Positions 37,849-51,278 of a stretch of 64,000 nucleotides of DNA are shown one piece after another; the first letter of the stretch is position 1, and every line of letters starts with the position of its first letter. Source of the stretch: Selaginella moellendorffii (taxonomy: Eukaryota; Plantae; Lycopodiophyta); NCBI RefSeq assembly GCF_000143415.4, contig NW_003314301.1, forward strand, positions 213,170 to 277,169, read 5' to 3'. Position numbers and translations under genes: made by a program. The notes beneath the pieces were generated by a model that worked only from the letters and a program-made list of their open reading frames with translations, was not told the DNA's origin and searched no databases.

Positions 37849-40800
37849 TTACATGGAGAACTTGATAGAATCTGATAAGTTTTGAGCCTCAAACGATTTC
37901 TCAAATGACGGTGACGATGTTGACGCTACTTCATTTCCAGAGTTCCTTAAAGGTGCTCGTCCCGGGCTCTGTTGCAAAGGCATCTCTCGGGACACCGTTT
38001 TCTTGTTTGTGCCTGCTCGCTGCATCAGTCCAGCCAGTGATTGCACCACCTCAGACATGGCAGGTCGATCCACTGCTTCTGCCTGTAACGAAAATAAAAG
38101 TGGATTCTCTACCAGGTACAGACTTTTTTCAGCTTACTTGGACGCACTGTGTTATGATCTCGGCGTAGCGAGAGAGGGCCTTGGCAGCATACATGCCTTC
38201 GAGCTTTGGATCCACAATGCTTGCCAAGGTATCCAAGTCGTTGAGCTTTGGAACGGCCCATGCTACCAGAGAGAGCTCCTTGGATCTCGGCCTTGAGCTA
38301 CAAAGTTTAAATCACCAAGTAAGCTTTCTAACTTTCCTTTTGCGAGTTACCTGTCTAGAGGCTCTCGGCCGGTTAGAAGCTCCAGCATCAAAACTCCAAA
38401 GCTATAAACATCGCTCTTCACTGTGTAGATTCCAGCCAAAGCATATTCTGGAGCGCTGTATCCAAATGATCCCAACATTTGGGAAGAAATCTATCGAAGT
38501 TAAAACAGTGAGAAGTTTTTCCTCTTGATCTCTCGAATTTTTACCTGTCTTTCCAGACTGAGTGGGATCAAAGCGGCCAGGCCAGTGTCAGACACGAAAG
38601 GATTGAATTCCTGGTCGAGTAAGATATTTGCCGATTTGAAGTTGCGATGGACTGTCACTGGAGAAGCAACCTCATGCAAGTATCTTCAAGATAAAAAAGA
38701 AAATGGTGATTTTTTTGGTAGAATAGAAAAAAAAGAAAGAAGACTTACTCTAGAGCACGAGCAGCACCCAAAGAAACTTTCATTCGCTGGTTCCAACTGA
38801 GAGTTTTCTCGGGAGAGGAATGCAAGTGATCGTGAAGAGTTCCCGTGCTGAAGTATGGATACACGAGAAAACACTGGTTCTTTTCCACGCAAAATCCACA
38901 TAGCTCGACAATGTTTCCATGTCGGAGGCTGGAAATGCTGGATATAATTCTTCGTAGAGTTTCCTCGTCTTTAAAATAGCTCGACGTGCTATCCAGTTTT
39001 TTTATGGCAAATACCTGCTCCATGATCTTAACGAAAGTTCTTATATGAGAGCTTTGTTACCTGGCCGGAAGGAAATTCTGATCGATACACGCTGCCCAGC
39101 AATCCCTCGCCGATCAAGTTGTGCTTTCCAAAGTTTCGAGTTGCTGCTTGGATCTCCACGCACGAAAACGAAGCTGCTGCTATGTGATGATCCAACTCTT
39201 TGGCTTTTGTTGACAAGACCAAGTTCCCGGACGTTTTCTGGATTGGAGGATGGTACTTTTCCATTGGAAGTGGTCGAATGCTTGACAAAGTTTGTTCTTT
39301 GTCACCTTTCTCCTTGCCTGAAACAAGAACTTTAGTAGACAATAGTTTGATATTTTGTTAGACCTGAAGGATCATTTGATGGTAGTGAAGGAAGAAGCTT
39401 TGTGTTTGTGGAAGTTTGCGAGCCATGATCGATGACTCTCTTGAGCTTGCTTAGCGTGAAAACAAAGAATGTAAGCACGAAAGCTACGACGATGGCTCCG
39501 GCGATGATTCCCGCGAGCTTTGCTCCTGTGAGAAAACTAGAGCTAGTCTGGTAAGGTTTGAGTGATTCATGTGGTCGAGGACCTTGCATTGGCAATGCAG
39601 CGTTTGTTCCTTCGTGGCTGGAAGATGGATTGTATGGGAAATCATCAAATCGATTTCCACCACCCCTATAATGTCATATTTCTCCAATGTTAATGATATG
39701 GTCAAGAAGCTTGCCTGAATTTTGGAAGAGATTGTAGGCCAACAGGGAGCTTGCCAGTAAAATCATTGTTTTCAATGTTTCTGAGCACAGATATTAGTAA
39801 AAGTTAAAGAAAAATAAGACTGGTTCTTACAAGTCTTTGAGAGGTAAATGCTCCAGAAGTTGCAGTGTTCCATTGAGTTGGTTCTGCTGTATATGCCTGT
39901 TAATATTTATCTAAGATTCTGGATGAAATGTTTGAAAATCTGCTTGATTTTTCTTACAAGGTTGCCAAGCCGCTCAATAAACTAAATGAGTCCGGGAGCT
40001 CTCCAGTAAAATTATTATTTGAAATGTCACTGAATTCAAAGTTTTTAGCAAGACTTAATAAAAAATTAATTTGCCAAGACTTACAATGTGTGAAGATTAG
40101 AAAGCTTTTCAAAAATATCAGGCACATAACCAGAAAGAAAATTGGTGGTAAGATTCCTGCTCCAAATCATGTAAAACTTAAAAATTTGTTAGTAAACTCT
40201 TGTATAACTTACAGGCTTGTCAAAGACATCAAGCGTTTCATTGAATAAGGAATGGGCCCAATAAAAACATTGTTTCCCAGATTCCTGAAAAAAAAAAGAG
40301 ACCACATTTATATTTTTAAAAATAATATCCTTTTTCTCTTGATAAATTTTCATAGTTAAAAAGACTTACAAATGAGAAACACGAGCAGGAAATTCGAAGG
40401 GCAGCGTTTCACCAATGTGATTGTTACTCAAGTCCCTTCAAGAAATTATTTTTCAAAGTTAGTTAAAAGCTTACAAAATCTAGACAAACTTACAAGATGG
40501 AAAGGCTTGTGAATTTGTTGAGTGCGTAGCCCAAAGATCCTCGAAGCTTTAGACCCGAGAGTCGTCTGAAAAGATGAAATTTACGAGACAGTGAGCTAAC
40601 ACAATAGTTTTCTTCCAGATCTTACATTGCAATTACGTTGTCCCCAGAGCATTCTACACCATGCCAGTGCTCTCCGCAAGGATCTCCTCCTCCATGGGGC
40701 TTCCATCCAAGCACAGAAGGTGACCGGAGGCTCTCGTATAGAATTCGCAATGCATAGACTGATAAAGCAAGGGAAGAAACGTTAGACAAGAATGAAACCA

Positions 40801-40852
40801 TAATCCAGACAAAAAAAGAAAAAAAAACCATCTTGTGGATCCGTGAGTCCAT
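37849..40852 (-). CDS. SRF: STRUBBELIG-receptor family LRR receptor-like kinase
   Basis: [20 protein letters not shown]; single-LRR micro-exons; TM; [34 protein letters not shown]. Confidence 0.92.
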
Positions 40853-41360
40853 CACTTGCTTGTGGAGAGAGGCTCAAGATCACACCAAGAGCGAAGAATT
40901 GGAGCATCGCAAGAGCCGAGCTTTCATCTCACACAAACTCTCATGTCTGGATCAAAATGCCCGTCTTTGCAACCAATTCCAAAAGTTCCAGGCAAACAAA
41001 TTCTCATGCTGCCGCGCTTGTGACCTGAAAAAGACCTCTTTTTCTTTCCCATCCAAAGTGGTCCCAGCGAGCCACTTTTATTTTGACAAGGAACTGTACA
41101 TACGAAATTTTCAATCATCCATCATGTATCCAAATGGTGCAAAGCGGCCAAAACATCATTCCAAGAGCACAAAAATTCCAACTCACAGCTTGAGTTCCAA
41201 GCATAATCCAAGACCTTGCATTGCACTCTAGAGTTTACATCACTCCACAGATTTATATCTTGAGCAAAAGATATCTGCAAGTTTCTAGAGAACATCACCA
41301 CTTGGAGTGGAAAAGCTTATAAGATTGAACAACAAACTTACATTACATACCTTGCAAAGT

Positions 41361-41378
41361 ATATATATATATATATAT
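41361..41378. repeat. (AT)n microsatellite
   Basis: About 9 AT units just downstream of the Serinc stop. Confidence 0.8.
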
Positions 41379-41384
41379 TTTTTT

Positions 41385-42881
41385 TCAAGAGAAATCGCGA
41401 TCTGGGAAGAGGAGCGGTGCGACGAGTGACCAGACGTAGAGTATGGCCGTGAGCCACTGCGTGCAAATCCGGACCCAGACCGATGGCCATCCAACGTCGA
41501 TGGTGTCTTTGCCTTCGGCGGAGTTTCCCCACCCGGTGAGCAGCATCGCCGAGTACATGCTCGCCAGAGCGAAGATGAGGTGGAAGAACGAGTAGACGTA
41601 AGTCACGGGGCGCGGCTCGTCCTTCTTTCTCCTGTCCTCTATGTCGTCAGTCTCGTCGTCTTTGAGCAGAGGCCTCTGGCCTGCAAGTGACAGCTTTTGG
41701 GATCACAAAACGAGAAAAAGAAAAGGGAAAACAGACCTGCTCTGGGAGACGATGGTGGAGAGAGGAATGTGGTGGAAGAACCAGCTCGAACGGCGGAATA
41801 GACCACGGACAACAGCGTCGTAAGCATACCGAGAACTAGAGTTCCGGTGGAGACGACGTTCTCGTGCTTGTGGAGTCCATTGCATTCGTAGTTGCGGGGC
41901 TCGCTAGAGAGGGCGCTGTAGCATATGTATGTGCAGTAGACGGCAATCACAGAAGCTGGCAATAGACTTCCATTCACCTGTGAGGGGAAGTACGAAAATG
42001 GTTAGCTTGATCAAAGAACAAAAAGCTTTTATGCTCACCTGAGGATGGAGGGAAATAACCGCGAATGCTATGGCCAGGATGATCGTGGTGACAATGAAGA
42101 AAGTATTCAGCTGGCAGTCGTGACCACTGGGATTGAACCAGCGGAAGAGCAAACCCGAGAAGACGAAGCTGATGGTGTAGCAGAAGATCGAGATGAGCAG
42201 CAGCGCGATGTACCAGAATTGCTCATCTTTCGCGACCCAGGCTGCGTTCCAGTTGTGTGTAAAATCCAAAAGTATGATCACCTGGACGAGAAGGAAGACT
42301 CCGGATCCAAACCTCGAGATAGCTCCTGCGAAGAAAAATGAAAAGAGGTTTTTAGAGGAAAGAAACAAAGAGACAAACCAAAGAAAAAAGGGAAGAACTA
42401 CTTACCGTAAGCATCGACAAGACCATTTGGCAAGAAGAACATGAGCACCATGACCGTGAGCCAAAGTATGAGCTTCGCCATCCAGCCACCGTGATGCCAC
42501 GAATCACGTTGATCGCTCTGGTTCTTCACACCGATCATAACGATCGCGAAGGCCAAGAAAAAAAGGAAATTTCCAAGGCTGACACGAAGAACTGCCTGGG
42601 TACCAAACCATTCCTTGTTGGGTGTATGCGCGAACGAATTGATCCCTGTAGGGGAGCTAGGTTATCCACTAGAATTCTCGGGAAAACAATCACTTACATG
42701 GGATTTTCTCCAGAACCGGATACCCGAAATCGCGGAGGATCCACGCCAAGAGTAGCGACAGCGTGAAGAGGCCGCAGTAGGCGATTCGCGCCGATCGCCT
42801 CGAAATCCCTCCGGCGACGCCCTTGCAAGCCTCGCAGAGGCACGATCCACAGCAAGACGCCAGACAACCAGCTGCCCACAT
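41385..42881 (-). CDS. Serine incorporator (Serinc/TMS) membrane protein
   Basis: MWAAGCLASCC, SARIAYCGLF, YSFFHLIFALASMYSAMLLTGW, WSLVAPLLFPDRDF. Confidence 0.95.
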
Positions 42882-42940
42882 CGTCGCTCGCTTACCCTCT
42901 TTCCCAAGAACCCTAGAATGTGTCAAAACAAAACTTTCCG

Positions 42941-43002
42941 CCACGTGTCAGCCACGTGTATAGCTTTCAAATTACTACTTTTGCCGCCAAAAGTTTAGGG
43001 TT
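42941..43002. promoter_or_regulatory. Bidirectional Serinc/HOP2 promoter: two CACGTG boxes, E2F-like TTTGCCGC, telo-box-like TTAGGGTT
   Basis: ccacgtgtca gccacgtgta at 42941-42960; tttgccgc at 42980; ttagggtt at 42995; start codons 133 bp apart. Confidence 0.4.
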
Positions 43003-43014
43003 CTTGAGAGAACA

Positions 43015-43973
43015 ATGCCGGCGACGAAAGGGGGCGATAGCGCAGAAGGTAAGATCGCTTCTCGCTGCTTCTAGATCTCGCCATTTCACTCTATCTTCTC
43101 TCGAACAGCTATCATCCTGAATTTCATCAACGAGGTAAGTTGCCACGATCGCGAGCATACTGAAAACATTTGGGGCTTGATTCTTGCAGCAAAACAGGCC
43201 GCTCAACGTCCAAATCGTGGCGGACACGCTCCAGAAGCACGGGATCAAGAAGACCGCCGCGCAGAAGATCCTCGATTCTTTTGCCGAGAGTGGCAAGATC
43301 TCGTTCAAGGAGTATGGCAAGCAAAAGATTTATCTGGCAAAGCAGGACCAGTTCGAGATCCCCAGCAAGGAGGAGCTCGAATCGATGAAGGCCGACATTG
43401 CCAAGCTGCAAGAAAGCCTTGCAGCCGAGAAGAAGATCGTCGCTGGCCTTGAAACAGGTATGGAGAAAAAAAAGGTTATGGCTCTCTTAGACTTTGGTTT
43501 TTTTCTCGCAGAGGTAAGATCTGCCGAGTCGAGCTTGACGCTCGATCAAATCAATGACCGGATGAAGATGGTCTCGGACGAGGTATGATCGTTTTTCTTC
43601 TCGACGAAGCAAACTTGGTGACAACTTTCTCTGTGCTAGATTTCATCCATGGAGTCCAGAATCACCCAGCTACGAGCTGGGACGGTCCTCGTCACTGCCG
43701 AGGAACGCAACAAGGTGGAAGCCGACTACAACAAAAAGACCGGGCTATGGAGGAAACGCAAGAGGATGTTCAAGGATCTCTGGGACATGATCACGGAATC
43801 GATGCCCAAGAACCAGAGCGAACTCAAGGTAAGATCAGTGACTTTCCAGACAGACCCCTCTCAATCTACGTCGCACAATGCAGGAAGAAGTCGGGATTGA
43901 GACTGACGATGATCTAGGAATCGACATCTCAAAGTACTGCTCCTACAAATTCAAGAAAGCCAAGCTCCGATGA
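43015..43973 (+). CDS. HOP2: Homologous-pairing protein 2 (meiotic)
   Basis: QNRPLN.Q.VAD.LQK, KEYGKQKIY, WRKRKRMFKDLWD, EEVGIETD. Confidence 0.95.
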
Positions 43974-44040
43974 ACCAAGTAAGATATATGCTCTCATATT
44001 GCACCGAGTCAATCAGCAATGCTCTCAAATGGCGAAGAAC

Positions 44041-45233
44041 TCACAAGCCGTAGCCAAAAACGGCACGAATCTTGTGGAAAATCAGCTCCTTCCAGCCTCG
44101 ACGAGTGGTCTCGTAGACAGTCGCATTTCCAAACCTTTGAAACAAAACCACTGTAAGCATCACACCATGGCACAAAAAAAAGGGCCTTTTTTCTTCGTCA
44201 TACCTGTCTTCTTCCGGGACGTCTGTCTGTGTCAACTTAAGAACAGTGGTTCCAATCTCTGGCTCCTCGAATGTCATGCACACCTGATCATCAACATCAA
44301 GAGAAGAAAAGAAAGTAAGAACAAAACAAAGAACATGAAACTTAGAACAAAAGGAGAACTTACAGTCGAGTAGTGACCATCGTTCCAGTTCGCAAATCTC
44401 CACTTTTGGACGATCAGCCTGTTCTCTTCCAGCTCCTGGTTCACCCCCGTCACCGCTCCATCGAAGATCGAAAACATGCCCCCCACTTCCTTGCTCACTT
44501 TGGCATTACTCTGCGTGAATCCCTTCCACCGGTTCTCGTCCAGCAACACCTCGTACAGATCCCGAGGCCGGCAGTGGAAGCGCTCAGTCATCGTGATGGT
44601 CTTGAATCCTTCCCTGGCTTTCGCCTTTGGTGGCTCCACCGGCTTGGCCGAAACTTTCTCGTCGAGAACAGGCTTGTTGGATCCCTTCCCTTTCACTTCC
44701 AGGTTCTTGCTTTGCATCTCCTCCTGAGCCGGGCCTCCATTCGCCATTTGCTTCACGTAACTCGCAATGCGCTCGAGAACCAAAGGCTTTCCTTTGGCCA
44801 GGAACGCTTCCTTCAATCTCTGCCCGAGCGATGTCTCGTCCATGACGCTAACTTTCACTTCCGGATCTTCGTCGGCATTCTCGTCAGCGATATACGGCAG
44901 CTCCACCTTTCCCTGGACCGTTGCTAGACTATTCCCGCTACCATCCTTGGCCTCTCCCTCCCAGTTCATCACAGCACTGATCTCATACCCGGGGATGATC
45001 TTTCCTTTGCGGATGTTCACGTAGGCCTCGCCCTTGACGCTCTCCACCTTGGAGATCTTGATCCACAGGCCTCCCTCGCCGGATAGAACCACCAGACCCT
45101 CGAAGAGAGCGTCGAATCGCTTGCACGTCCAGTCGTAGCAATCCTTCTCGGCCCAGTGCCAATTGTGGACATTGGCGCCGTCTTGCCTCTCCTCCACGAT
45201 CCATCGCTTGTCGCCCTCGCCAAACTTGGCCAT
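44041..45233 (-). CDS. AHA1: Activator of Hsp90 ATPase
   Basis: MAKFGEGDKRWIVE, NVHNWHW, NIRKGK, IVQKWRF, IRAVFGYG. Confidence 0.96.
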
Positions 45234-45383
45234 GGAATCAAATCCTCGAGAACGGAGGAGATGCGAAGAACTGGCAGAGATTCGATTGCGGGAGAATCAG
45301 CTAGAAGATTGCGATCGAAGAAGAACACTCACCTCCCGCGTCTCGGACGCTCGCTAAATGGAGCCCTAAAATAAACCTCGCAA

Positions 45384-45398
45384 GGAAACTTCTAGAGT
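45384..45398. promoter_or_regulatory. Heat-shock element upstream of AHA1
   Basis: gGAAacTTCtaGAGt is close to nGAAnnTTCnnGAAn, ~150 bp upstream of the ATG. Confidence 0.4.
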
Positions 45399-45521
45399 GC
45401 GAATCCAACGGCGGAGATTAAATCAGATCGTAACTGCTGGTACGAAGTTCGATTCCCATCCGCAACGAAATAAAGTAAAGAACAATGCCGCGAATATTCG
45501 ATATTTAAATGGAAGTAGTTT

Positions 45522-47061
45522 CTATCCCAGCCATTGCTCGGCGCTGCGATCGCCGCCGCCGCCCACGGCTTTGCGAATGCTGATTTTCTCGTGCGAGTAG
45601 AGCTCGCGGTACTTCTCGAATGATGTCTCGTCCAGTTTGCCGCTGGAGCCCTTGCCTTGCTTGCGCTTCACTTGCTGCTCCCTGACGGACACGCAGAGCT
45701 TGACGATTCTCTCGCGCTGGGATTGATCGAATCGGTTTGTGTTGTCGAACGCGTGCTTCGCAGCGATGTCTACGATCGTTTGAGCCCTGTTGGAACGAGA
45801 AAACCATGAGAGAACTAGACAGAACGAATGGCAAAACGAGTGGAGCTACTACTTACCATGCCTGCTTGTAGCGTTTCGCAGCTATTGTCAAGCACTCGAT
45901 CAAGGCTTCTCTCCTGTCCCTTTGCAAGTTTTTGCCTCCGGTGGTCTCGTTTTTAGCTTTCTTCTTGCACTTGTCTTCCTTGTTTGGCAAAAGAGCGTCC
46001 AAGCCAAACGGATCCACCTCTTCGGCATCAGCAGTAGATTCTGGATTTGACTCCACGGCATCTTCTGCCACTGCCTCGGGTAGAGCAGTGATGAGTTGCT
46101 TCAGTCGTCCAGCAGCCCTGGAAAACTGCAAGAAGAAACTCCTGTTAGTTCGTCAAAGGAACGGTTGAAATAATTTCACCTCAGCCGTGATGCATAAAAC
46201 ACAACGCTAGAATCTGGCAAACACGCTAACAAAAGACTTAGTATGCAAGGCGGACCTCAAAAAACTCACCACGAACGTGTCATCGGTGTAAAAGTCATTC
46301 CCGAGTTGTGCCCAAAGAGCCCACACTTCGATTTGTTCTTGCTGTGAAGGAGTATAGGACTGCAAGAACGATTTTGTCAGTTCCAAAGGAAAAAAGTAAC
46401 TTAGAGTTGCTACTTACATTGAGTTTGTCTTGCACAGCCGAAAAGAGCTGCTGGTAATCCGCTCGAACAGCTGCTGCGTTGGCCTTAGTCGGAGGACTCA
46501 TGGCGACTTCAAGCATCTCAAAGAATAACGTCGATGTTTCGTCGTCACCCACGCTTCCAGCATCAAGCAGCTGCAAAGCGAGCTTGCAAGCCTTGGAGAA
46601 CTTTGACGGATTCCCGATGTGAGTTTTGATCTTGTGCAAAGCTTCGATCACTTTCTCCTTGCTGGTTTCAGTCGTGGTCTTGAAACGGACCTGTTTAGCA
46701 CCTGAAAAGAAGAAACACACCTTTTAGAACACTGATCGAAAATACAAACTCACACAAGCACAACAAAAAAAAAAAGAGAGAAGAGAGATAAAACTGCGAT
46801 AGGAAACACTGAAAAAAAATGTAAGCGAAGAAAAAATTCATGGAATATAGAACACACAATCTATGCCAAGAGGAAAAACGTTCTACCTTCAGCCGGATCT
46901 TGAGGAGCAGGGCGCTTGATCGCAGGCTTGGCCGGCTCGACCGATTTGAGACTTCTGGGAGCACTCACCGGTGGTGGCGGCGACACCGATTTGGCTGGTG
47001 CTGGAGCTGAGGGAGGAGGCAGTCCTTCGAAGAGACCTCCGCCATCGCCATTGCCCGCCAT
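45522..47061 (-). CDS. Conserved plant protein of unknown function, multi-exon
   Basis: LFEGLPPP, KQVRFKTTT, NPSKFSKA.KLA, DPFGLDALL, ISIRKAVGGGGDRSAEQWLG*; canonical splice sites. Confidence 0.8.
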
Positions 47062-47481
47062 CGCCTCTCCAGAAAGCCCTAAAATTTCGCCCTTGGCTTC
47101 TCTCTCGGTTTATTTATAGTGAGGTTCGAATCGCATTGCCGCCTTGCTGCTGCTCGCTTTGCCACTTCGCTGTGAAAGACTTTAGGAAAGAGAAAGAAAG
47201 AAGAAGAAGAAGAATCGCTGGAAACCTGGGTGAAATCACTTCCTGCTGCGTCGATCCAGGAACTACTCGATGAAGAAGAAGATTGCGAAACCTCCAATCG
47301 ATCAGCATACCTGTTTCGTGCCTGGAGAAAAAATCCAGGCGTCGAAGTTAGTGAGCAAAGTTCCAGAAAAATCTCGCTAAATTCTTACCGCTTCCGGTTG
47401 CGGGCATGACTGCCTCTCAAAACCATCGACGATAGTTTTTCCTTTCCGGAAAGTCTTCAAAAGCAAGACACAAAACAAAGT

Positions 47482-50400
47482 TTAGAGATTGGAAGCTTTT
47501 TTCTTTCTACGTTTTGGGCGAAGAACCTGGGATGAGGAGCTCATAAGCAAGTTGGTATTTGGACTGGGCTCTGAAGATCTGAAGCCTTTTCCCTGCTTTG
47601 GATTCTCGGTCGCAGCTTTCAAAGGAGAAACTTTGGACATGGAACACGAAGCACTTAGTTCTTCCCCGGTTTTCTCAAACAGTCCAACAATGACCTGTAA
47701 CAAACGAAAACTTTAACGAGAGAAGAGAACCAAAGCAGAAGAACTACCTCACGAATCACAGGCTTGACTCCTTTCAAGAACTTCTCCACTCCAAGACCGA
47801 TGATCTTGTAGACTTCTGTGGTCACTTTCATGGCGGCACTGCGAACTTCACCGTTTGGATAGTTAAAACAGTGGACCACGAAATGCATCAGAGGTTCTGT
47901 CGCAAATCCGGGAGATCCACTCCGACCCTGCGGTTGCAAACCAAATTTTGGTATTCCCACCAGGAGCCATTGCAAGCGTCCCAAGATTGGTTTCCACAGT
48001 GCCTAGAAAGAGAAACAAAAGTCATGTAAGAAATCAAAGAGAGATTCTGGAATGCTTACCAGAGTTTTTGGAACTTTGAGCATCAGAGGAGCGATCACGT
48101 TGAGTCCGGCTTCTTTTACCATCGCAAAGAACATCAAAGTATCACCGGCAGCTTCTTTCGTTCTTGCATTGGAATCGCCAAGTTTATCTCGAAGAATCGA
48201 TGCAATGTCGCCCAAACAGGAGTGAAGCTCTCTGCTTTGAACTTCGGCTGCATATCTCGTAACATACGCACGCAACACCTGTTGTTTGAAAGCAAGAAAG
48301 GAGAAGAGATTGTGATGAAACATCTAGTGAGAAAACCAACCTGAATGGAGCTGAAGAAAACATTCGAGACTCGATCGTTCAAGCCTCGAGTTACAACTTT
48401 GTGGATGGCTCTGCAGCAAATCGATATACTCAGATTATGATTTTCTTTCTGTCTCGCTCGAAAGAATTTCTACCTGAAAGACGTGACTGTGTCAGACATA
48501 TGAGATTTGGACTCGAGCTCTTTTTCCAAGACTTGGAGTGATTTGTCACGAAGCTGCCAATGCTTGCTGAGAAGACATTCCAGATGATAGCGATCCATCA
48601 CGGTCAAGACGTCCGAAAACTCCTTCACCACCGTTTCTGGCAGAGGCTCCGGAGTCAAAACCTCGTCGCTGTTGCTGCTTTGATCATCTTGAGAGGTTCT
48701 CATCTCAGTTACCACTGAAAACAAAACTTGTAACTTTCTGCTCTCACTAAACAGAAAATATGCTTACCTGTGTCTTCGTGCAAAGCCTGCCTGTAAGTTG
48801 GCCTGTCTTCTTGTTGCACAGATACGGGCTCTGGAGCTAAAGTTCCAGACGTTTGTTCTACGGTTTGCTGAATATCATTGTCGTCTATGCCATGGATGGG
48901 TAGTTCTTCCTTGTACTCGTCTTCCGAAACTTGCTCAGACGTCTGAGTCGAGCTATCACGGCTTTCTCTATGAGCCACACCATTGAAATCGTTTTGCTGG
49001 AAACGGTTATGCGTTGTAAGCAAAACGAAGAATAAGACCAAGAAGAAATCACCGTGTTCTTTGCAGAGCAAGGAATCACATTTGACAAATCTCCCATGTC
49101 GCTTGTTTCGTCTTCAGAATTCTCCGAGTTTAATTGACGCAGCTTTTCTATCTCCAACTGCAAAGCAGCGAGTCGAGTGTCGGTCTTACTAGCAGAAAGA
49201 TTGTTATTACCTTGCAGTATTTGGCCTGATCATAGTCCTCTTCTTCCACAGCCAACTTCTTCTTTCGTTCCAGCTCTTTAATTTTTTGTCCCAACGTTTT
49301 GAGCTTTTCAATCAGCAGCTATACAAAAAAAGAAGAGAGTTAGTCAACCATACAGAAATTCAATAAGTATGTGCCTTAAGTCTCTTAGCTTCGTCGTAAT
49401 CTTCCTCTTCCACGGCCTGCTGTTTCTCCTGCTGCAGCTGAAGCAGAAAGCTAGCTATGCCATCAAGTCAAATACTTAAAATGAAGCACAGGATCAACAT
49501 ACCCTCTGGATTCTTTGCCCCGTAATGCAATCAACGTTGGCACTCTCGCTGACACCGCCTCTTGGTTTCGTTTTCTTCTCCAAAATCTTCTGTCTGGAAC
49601 AAAAATCCGAGACAAGAGATTTTCAAATCATACAGCTTTGTGAACAAGTCCGAAAAAAAAAAACAAAAAACCTTGGACTTTCAGAGGGTATTGTGTGTCG
49701 CAATTGATGCATTATTATTTGTTCTTCACTCAAAGGATCGCCAGTTACCACCAGTGCAACTATGCCAACCTTTGCAGAAGAAAACGGAATACATAAAGAG
49801 TAGTAATAAATGGAACAAAGGGGGTGAGAAGAACATATACCTGGTTGTAAACATTTAGCTTGTTCGAGTAGCAATTGTGCAGTACAAGCCGCAGCGAGGA
49901 GGCCGGCGCGTTGATCTGGATGCTTTTCAATTCACGAGCCTGAAAACCAGTTCGTTCGTTTGGATCCAGCGATAGATGACTGATATGAAATCACCAAATC
50001 ACTCGAGAGTAAGATCATTCGTTGATTACTTTTGTTACTGCTAGCATACCCGAGTCTTTTCATCTGCTTGCTACTCATCTGCTCGTTAGCCAGAACACTA
50101 GCGAAAATTTCCACCTTGGAGGAAATCTGATAACAAAACAAATCAGAGCGCTGATCATAGCTCAAGAGAAAAAAAAAAAAAAAAACTAAAGAGACACCAA
50201 CCTTATATTCATGGCAAAGTAGCTGCATTGTGAAAACATGAGATGGCCACTGCAGCTCAATCACCAGTTCTTGAGGGTATTCGCAAAACCTGAGTGAATG
50301 GAATCAAGTCTTCAAGAGAATAATTTTTTCTTTTGCTCAAACTCACCTTTGCGCTTGCCATCCTCGACCAGATGCCCCTTTGCTCAGCTCATTCGCAGGA

Positions 50401-50529
50401 AAATCATCGTCCTGGAGCCAAGAAAATCAGAAAGACGAGACAATCCTCAGGAAAAAAACAGACTACCTGTCCAGAGCAAGAGACGACGCTGAAGGGCAAT
50501 CGCCTCTCGTCCTCAAATGGATCGTCCAT
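47482..50529 (-). CDS. CEP104: Centrosomal/ciliary-tip protein CEP104 (FAP256) homolog
   Basis: LPFSVVSCSG, FCEYPQELVI..LLCHEYKISSKVEIF jelly-roll; A(V)EEEDYD coiled coil; TOG-like SKHWQLRD, KLGDSNAR, EVRSAA; 3' end uncertain. Confidence 0.85.
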
Positions 50530-50786
50530 TTTGAGGGCATCTTTCACCTTCTCGTGGAGCACATCCTCCACGCTGTTGATGAGACAAATGCGAACCATAG
50601 CCGCTCCAACTAGCCCTAGAATAAGTTCCAACAACAGTACGTAGTAAAATATACCAAGAATATGATTGTTCTTAGAATTTAATTTTTATTATGATGTAGC
50701 AAGAAATTATGAAAATCAAGCGATCTACACAGAAAGTTTTGAAAAGAATCACTTACTTTTTTTATTTGCTAACAAAAAAATCAATT

Positions 50787-51160
50787 TCACCAAACTAGAT
50801 TACCGTCATTATTTGCTACATGAGAATCCAAACCAATAGATGCCCAGTGCAATTTCTTATCATGGCCTCTACACCAACCTCCTAGATTTACAAATTTACC
50901 TCCCCATGGAACCTTAACAGTGATAATCCTCATATCATAACAAGAAGAAGTGTAACCATTCAAGAAAGGCATCGTCGTTGCCAATATAGATATTTAGATT
51001 TATGGAAGTTTTCTTTGGCCATCCTTTGCTCCACTCGCCCCAAAACGTTCATATTTAGCCACAGCCAGCCTGCTTATATTATAAAATATAGAGTTGTATT
51101 ACTTAAATTTCTCAAATACACACACACCTTCGAATGTGGTAAAATTAAAAGCCACATAAC
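50787..51160 (-). pseudogene. Cyanovirin-N homolog (CVNH) lectin, frameshifted
   Basis: Repeat 1 ends KTSINLNIYIGNDDAFLEW; repeat 2 GYTSSCYDMRI..GWCRGHD..ASIGLDSHVANNDGNLVW* lies in a different frame. Confidence 0.75.
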
Positions 51161-51278
51161 TTGCAGATCACGGGAGTAATTTATATTTATATTACTAATA
51201 AACAAACAAAACATAACAATGTTATTTACATAAAGTTCGTGGATAGATAAAATAAAATAAAATTCTGACGAGAAATCC

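Noticed and set aside
38580-38660. Non-canonical kinase motifs HRN and DTG
   Set aside because: Normal for the SRF family
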